Made by a program: the position numbers and the translations under genes. Source: Intoshia linei (lineage: Eukaryota > Animalia > Orthonectida). From it: 47,692 nt of DNA. The stretch lies in NCBI GenBank assembly GCA_001642005.1, contig LWCA01000143.1, positions 1 through 47,692 on the forward strand, in the 5' to 3' direction. Shown in pieces: positions 40,701-47,692 of the stretch (its first letter is position 1; each line of letters opens with the position of its first letter). The notes under the pieces were generated by a model that did no database searches, was not told the origin of the DNA, and saw only the letters and a list, made by a program, of their open reading frames with translations.

Positions 40701-42130
40701 CTCTGAAAACAAATCTAAAAAAAAAAATAATTCATGGGTATTTTTATATATACTACTTTATTATTTCTTGACCGATTTTTATCGTACACTTTTATTATTT
40801 TTGTAAAATGCACCCATTAATACAAAAATAATGACATAATATATATTTTACAAGCTCTAAATCAGTGAAAAAGTTAATTTACCTGGGATTATAGCGTCTT
40901 TTCGAGATTACGCGTCCATTATATTCACTACAATTTTGTTTTTGAATAGTTTCAAGTCGTTATTTATTATTATAGTTTTGGTCATATTATTGCAGATTTT
41001 TAATTATTAATTCTACTTATTCAGATAAAATCTTCTTTGATTAAAGCATTTAATGGTAAAAAGAAGGAAAATTTGATAGCCGAGTTTATTCAAGAAATTC
41101 ATGAAGACGAAGCTTGGTCTATGGCGAATATAAATGAGATTACCCAATATCGAGGCATCACCAATTCAAATTCAATTTCTCAAAAATCTTGCAGTTCTTG
41201 TGATAAATGCAATAATAGCTCATCTTGCCCTATCGATTCTACTAAATCGTATATATTAAAAATTAATCATATCTTACTATTGGTAAATGGCTATATTTCT
41301 AATTGAAACATGACAAATTTTTAAAACATTTTTATATTTTGCAAATAGCGACGGTGAAAAAATCAATAGAAACTTTTTTGTGTTTTATATAACAATTACC
41401 CTGGAGCAGGAATTTCCTACCATTTTTCCGCTGGGTATCTTCCCATTTTTTATTTATCATTGATCTCAAATTTAGGAAAAGTTAAATAAACTAATAAAAT
41501 AACGATATATTTACAAAGAAATTTTCGTTGAATTGATGCTTAGATCTTAGTTTTTCTGTGGACCCAGGGTTCCTATATAAACTTTCCTATAGTCCCTTTA
41601 ACCTCGTCTCTGATTATATTTAAATAAATAAATTTATATATATATATAATCAATAATGACGAACAATTAATAGTATTATTTCAGCCGTATTAATTGTGTG
41701 GGTCTAATTACTTCAAACTTAAATAAGAAAAAATTTTATGGGGATCACGAAAAATTTTTGTATGTAATCAGATTTAATAAGTTTCACTTTTTTGGAACCC
41801 CTGTTCCAGGATTAAATATTTAAAAGTATTAAAACTATATATATTTTTTTTAGAAACGAATCGGAATTATTTAATATGAGAAACGAGTTGAACATTAAAC
41901 ATAATGAAATAAAAAGTTTGAGACTCGAACTCCTCACATTTCAAAATAGTATAATGGAAAAGGATGAACAACTTGACAATTTACGAGTAATTATATTATA
42001 AACTGGAATTAAATGTTTTTAGAAACAAATTTCTACATTAAAAATGAACGGACACGAGACTAATAATAATCAAATATATAAGGATGTATACAATTCAAAT
42101 TCAGAATTTTCAAATTTTAACATTTTATAA
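37718..42130 (+). CDS. Neuron navigator / UNC-53 / Sickie-like protein, with no CH or AAA domain seen. Exons 37718-39005, 39424-40355, 40404-40487, 40549-40654, 40691-40737, 41025-41248, 41854-41986, 42023-42130.
   Basis: Spliced product contains GYVSDGD, the coiled coil LNLR|DKEIAAL, KKKNNSW|IKSSLIKAFNGKKK (NAV KKxWLRSSFxKAF motif) and MRNELNIKHNEIKSLRLELL (NAV second coiled coil). Confidence 0.7.
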
Positions 42131-42890
42131 ATGAAATTGTTATATTAAATTTTCTAATTTTACTGTTTATAAATTACATATATTTGTACATGTTGGTTGA
42201 AATTGCGGCCTGCCGAACAGAACAATAATAAAATCTTTAAATATTATTTCTGTTATGAAAAGGATTCATGATTATAATTAGTCATGCGACAATTCCAAAT
42301 AATCGGGAGTCACTGAAATCGTTCTTTACAACTTTTTTAAAAAAAATAAAAATTAGTTGCAAAAAATAGCAGTTTTTTTAAATTAAAATGAATTAAATAT
42401 GGATTATCACTGAATACAATAAATCAATTAAATTTTCCGAATATTGGTTTACTTGTAAAACAACATTTGTGTGCGCATCCTTCTTCAATTAAATGTTTAA
42501 TAATTTTCAGGGTTGGAGGTTTTATCTGTCCTCCAAAAACAAATATAATATTTGGTACAACTGGTGAAAATCTAATATTTTAATTTCTTTACAAGAACTT
42601 AATTTAAATTTGTTTTGAAATAATTTTAATTTAGTTGTGGTTCAAAATGGATGTAAATTGGTTAAATATGACTCTTTTTGATTAAACAAAATACACGTTT
42701 ATCATGATTACAAAAAAGTTTTCTAGTTCGGTAGGTAAATTTGTAAATAAAACTTTTTGACTGTCACCTCAATTTGCTTGGACTAATCTGATATACATGT
42801 ATTATAACTGGATTTATAAAATAATGATAAAATTTATAAATGTTTGAGTAAATATTTAATTTGAAGAAATAAACAGTACATTAAACTGAT

Positions 42891-45175
42891 ATGTCTAATC
42901 TGAATATTATATCCAGTGAAATCGATGAATACACCACGTCCATGTGCTCTGTAAGGGATTCCATAAATGGTAATGTCTTAATATACTACGGATTTGTTCA
43001 CTCAATTTTCCATTACATATTGGATTCTAATTTTTAAAACCACAAATAATTATAATACTAGAATTTGAAAAACATGAAATCATAAAACAAAATTTATTCA
43101 AATCAAACGAACTCATGAAGCATATTTTTACGGCTCATAAAATACATCGATCAGCACAATTAAAAAAAATTTTAAAAACATGCAATGATTACATAAAAGG
43201 TAAAAATGTAATAATACAAATACACGTTACATGTATAATATTGACAATATGTTATACTGTGAATTATAATCTATGAAAATTAAGTTTTTAATTTGCATTG
43301 TACATTATACAGTGTATAATATACACTATATACTTTGGGATAAATTTCCAAAGTGAAGAATTTTCTTTAAGTTAAAATGTTTTCAATATTCATCATTCTA
43401 AAATTCACTTTTACCAACTCTCATATAAAAAATCAATTTTCATCATCCCTTAGAAAATCTTTGAACACCTCTAACTGCCAACTGTGATGCGATATTTCCA
43501 AAATATATTAAAAAACGTCTTTTACCAATCCCTAACAAAAAACCCAATTTCACCAACCCTTCAGAAAAAATCTTTTGCATTTTAGAATGATGGGTATTCA
43601 TAATATAATTTTTTTAAGACAGACAATGCTTATCATATCAAGAAATATCCAACAACGTTGAAAATATAGCAAAGGAGTTTACAGATTGGTAAATTATTAT
43701 ACACTTAATTAATTATGTACTTATTTTCATATTTTTCTAAATACATTGTACATGTCATGAATTTTTATAGTCGTTTTTCTATGTTGTAAATTTTTGTATC
43801 AGTCGTATATCCATTTTGATATAAGTTATAAAGGATAATTTTCATAATTGATTTTTTGTTTTGCCTCCCATGAAAAATAGTACCCACTTGGTGTAAATAT
43901 TAAAATAATACTAACATGTATAGTACAAAATACATTTATTACATATTATCAAAATATATTAGTGTATCTGCTTTTGTTTTAAAACCCAGCATGGGAATAG
44001 AAAAAATGACAAAGAATATAAAAGTTTCTAAAGATAAATCCAAAAAAAGTGAAAAGTATAAATCAAAAGAATCTTCTATATCTAATGAAACCTATAATGT
44101 AATAAAAATATAATTATTAATTATAATTCTTCATAAAACACGTAGTCAGACCTCTCAATACCGCCATTTTAATTTTTCTATATTTATGACAGTATTAATA
44201 GTATAACGTTGTAGCGAATGGATCATGGATACCGTTATTATGTATTAATAATTATTCATATAATAGAATAATGATAAAATGAAGTCCATTCATCAAAAAA
44301 ACGCGTTTTTTAATGTATTTGTTTATAAATTTAATTAGGGTTTGGTACTAATTGAATTATAACTTATAATTCAATTTAAATTAATAATTTCTATAATAAC
44401 AGTTTATATTAAAATATTTATGATTATAAATTAAGGATTTAACTCATTTTAATCATATTTTTTTTTAAAATATTTTCAAACTGTGGCGGAATTGAGTTTG
44501 GCGGTCATAAGAAATTTTCTTATAAATTTGTTATAAAATTGAAATGTCTGACTGTATATTTAATCATCAAATATTTTAGGAAAAACCAAAAATCGATTTA
44601 ATTGAATTAGACGATGAAGGTAAAGTCCATGCATATTTACAAAAAATGAGATATAATAATAAAAAATTTAGAATCTAAAGAAATTTTAAATATACAAAAA
44701 AGTGTCAGCATAGATAATGAAGTAGCAACAAACATATACAACGAATTTATAAAAATGGACAAGTATTTGACTAAATTAAAAACAATCATCTTTTATCGAC
44801 ATAATATAGGTTATTTACAATACAATTTGCCCTCTTCCAATGTATATTTATAACAGCCAAACGGATGATCAGCAATATTCATTTCCTAAAATATTCAGTG
44901 ACGAAACTATAATACTCATCTCCTTTAAGACAGGGTGTTATAAGTAGCAAAATCAAAACTCAATAAAATCAATTTTGATATATTAATCAGAATTCTATTA
45001 CCATCAATATGATACCCATATTATGTACATTAATTGGTTAATAAATTTTTTTTGTAGATCCCCAATGATCCATATGTAATATGCAATATAATTTTTTAAT
45101 GTCATTTTTTTAGAACAATATTATGTATCTGGGCTCAGTGCATTAGATGTAGTGGAAGAAAATTTCAGTGAATTT
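42891..45175 (+). CDS. Multi-exon gene of uncertain identity, possibly an axonemal dynein heavy chain (DNAH6/14-like) N-terminus. Exons 42891-42969, 43062-43199, 43619-43688, 43963-44098, 44580-44619, 44672-44841, then 45058-45075 and 45114-45175 unresolved.
   Basis: The first six exons join in phase. HNIGYLQYNLPSSN..PNDPY..QYYVSGLSALDVVEENFSEF loosely resembles the DNAH6 GFLYM..YDxY..YYTIS..EF segment, but the last junction is out of phase. Confidence 0.35.
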
Positions 45176-46264
45176 GTAATTTTATCACTAATTAATAATA
45201 ATTATTATATCTACACTAGACATTAGGGTGTTAACTTTTTTCTAAAAACAAAAATACAGGGTTATACAGGATGAGAAAACAAATTCTAAGAAAAACTAAA
45301 TTCCTAAATTTTGAAAAACATCGGTCTGCTCAAAGAAAATAGTTTTCATAAATCAGATTTATAACATTGTATGTAGCCTTGCCATTATGTTTATATTATT
45401 TATTCAAATTGTCATTTCTATTGACAACAATTCACCTGCCTACGAAAAAAATTAAAATGGGTCTAATTAATGACAAAAAAATATTTTTTTCTCTCTATTT
45501 TATATTTAAAATTTCATCAGTAATTGCTGTAAGTCAGTAAATCGGTAATTCTTATGTCAAAATAATATAAAAGTAATATAATTAACATAAATCAATTAAT
45601 GAAATTCAGCTCAAAGAAAAAATAATAATTATTTTGATTATAATCAGATTGTAATATTTCATGTTTTCCATATTCTATATGTAAAATAAAAAGAACCCTT
45701 AAATAAATGTAAAGAAAGGTTGATAGAAGTATAGGTTAACATCATGTAGATATCTTTTAGAAGCAACATTTTTGACAAAACTTTAATTCGTATATAAAAT
45801 CTCACAGAAATTATACAACACGGGCATAAGGCTGATAAAATTTTAATGAAGCCAAATTCGTAATTGTTGAACCCATACAAGTTGTATCATAATGATATAT
45901 TTAAAAACGTTTGTTGCATCATATATGTATATTTTTTCACTGTTAGGTGTTCTACCATAGAATTCACTCCTAAAGAGCAACCTTTCCACTTCTATTAAAA
46001 AAATTCATTTATACTATTTCTCATATTATTTACGGGGTGAAGTAACGGCAGTGCCATAAATACTTTAAAATGCCTACAAAAATTAGATCGGTTAGAGGCA
46101 TTGACGGCAAATTAGATAATGACACCGTTAATCGACTTAAAATTAATAATCATAAAAAATAATATAATAATAAATTTCAGTTCAAAATATTATGGGTATT
46201 TTCAAATTGCAGAGCAGGCCGATGTTTTTGTAATAATACTAAAAACAAACACGGCAGATGTTAT

Positions 46265-46402
46265 TGTAATAAATATGATAATTATTTATTTAATTAAGCT
46301 AAAATACAATTAATATTTACATTATTTAAAGATTCTTGAGTTATTGAGTGATAATTAGTATATCTATAACTTTAGTAAAATGGTATGTATAGAGATACTA
46401 CA
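46265..46402 (-). repeat. Putative 3' LTR (~138 bp; alternative end at 46229)
   Basis: Starts TGTAGTA right after the PPT and ends TATTACA (imperfect terminal inverted repeat). AATAAA lies on the minus strand near 46285-46290. Confidence 0.55.
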
Positions 46403-47692
46403 TCTCCCTCCTTAAGATATTGTAATATTGTTAGCATCTAATATACTTTTGATTTCATTCATTACAAAATGTTGACCAAAAGTTTCGTTGGCAATTTTTA
46501 TTACATTCAATAATGGAGGATTAAAATTATTTTACTCATTAAGTTTGCTTATATTCAAAATATAATCCTTAAACTTTGTAGGTTCTTTAGAATTGCGTTT
46601 ATTTCGTCGTTTGAAAATTTTATGATCTTTTGATTTTTTTGGAAGTATTGGCTTATAATTTTCATAATGGTAACTTTTTGATTTTTCTATTATTTTAAAT
46701 TCTATTGATTTTTTTCCGTATACCATTTCAATTGGAGATAAACCAGTTCTCTGAGATGGTAACATTCTAATACTCGTGGAGACATGTTCTATTTTGGTAT
46801 CCCAGTTTGATCCTTCTTCATTACACCTTATACGTAATTTTTCTCTAATTCCTCTGTGTAAGCGTTCTACTTTTCCTGTTTCTTGATGACGGTACGGTGT
46901 AGATGTTCCTTTGTTAATGTTAAATGTTTTACAAAGTTCGTCTAATAATGTACATTCAAATTCTCGGCCCATATCCGTTTGAATCGTTTCGGGAGCCCCA
47001 TATCGACATATTAAATTTGTATAGATTGCTCGAGATACTATTTCTGATGTTTTATTTGGTATTGGAATACATTCAGTCAAACCAGAATAATGGTCCATCA
47101 TATTCAATAAGTAAACGTTACCATTTTCCGTTTTAGTAAGAGGTCCCATTATGTCTATCTGCCATAATTAATTGAAGTATTTAGTAATAACTGGGTTCAT
47201 TTCATTATGTCTGTGGTGATTACGGGCTTTTGATATATTACATTTTTCACAATTTTCTACAAATGTTTCTATATCTTTATGCATTCCAACCCAAAAATAG
47301 CGACTTCTGATAATCTGAAGTATCTTGGTTTTTCCAGGGTGTACATAAAGTTTTGACTTATGAAAGTAGCATAATATATTAATTTTGATGGAATTGGAAA
47401 CAATTGGAACAATGGTTTTATTTCGATAATGTAGTAATACTTTTACAATTTCCAATGTAGCTTGATGAAAACCGTATGGGTTTCGTTTCGGTATTTTTAA
47501 ATTGTTATTAATTGAATTCACAGCAGTTTTAATATCCATATCTTTCAATTGTATACCTTTTAAGTTAAAAGGATCATTATTCAGTGATATACTATTTGTA
47601 TTTTGTGATAAAACGTCTGCTCTTATGTTAAGGTGATTTGGTCTATACGTTATACCAAAATCGAATTCTTCCATGTATTCTATCCATCGAAA
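46265..47692 (-). mobile_element. Ty3/Gypsy LTR retrotransposon, 3' part (end of RNase H, integrase, PPT, 3' LTR); defective
   Basis: RWIEYMEEFDFGITYRP...NIRADVLS; HHCC region HPG...RYFWVGMHKDIETFVENCEKC; DDE core WQIDIMGP/IQTDMGREF/GKVERLH. In-frame TAA at 47168-47170. PPT AAGGAGGGAGA (46413-46403) is directly followed by TGTAGTA at 46402. Confidence 0.92.

Overview
Eukaryotic (animal) nuclear DNA from a very AT-rich, compact genome. Many GT-AG introns are only 34-41 nt (several exactly 36 nt). The style fits a reduced invertebrate such as the orthonectid Intoshia, but that is inference only. Gene models assembled by hand from splice sites, in order: CHD7/8/kismet-type chromatin remodeller (+); NR1J/HR96-type nuclear receptor (+); intronless OTU-protease ORF (-); PTH2 (+); MRPL35 (-); mitofilin/Mic60 (+); STK33 kinase (+); a neuron-navigator/UNC-53-like gene apparently lacking its CH and AAA domains (+); an unresolved multi-exon gene weakly resembling an axonemal dynein N-terminus (+); and the 3' part of a Ty3/Gypsy LTR retrotransposon (-). 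Long introns and intergenic DNA hold nested non-autonomous elements: hAT and Tc1/pogo MITEs, a Helitron-like family and a foldback element built from ~31-bp repeats. The most notable observations are a 192-bp solo LTR with a perfect 5-bp TSD that carries a tRNA-like Pol III unit, a head-to-head MRPL35-IMMT pair as in human, an OTU domain of TE/viral appearance fused to a long novel N-terminus, and an HR96-like receptor with a PPAR-like 3-residue D-box.
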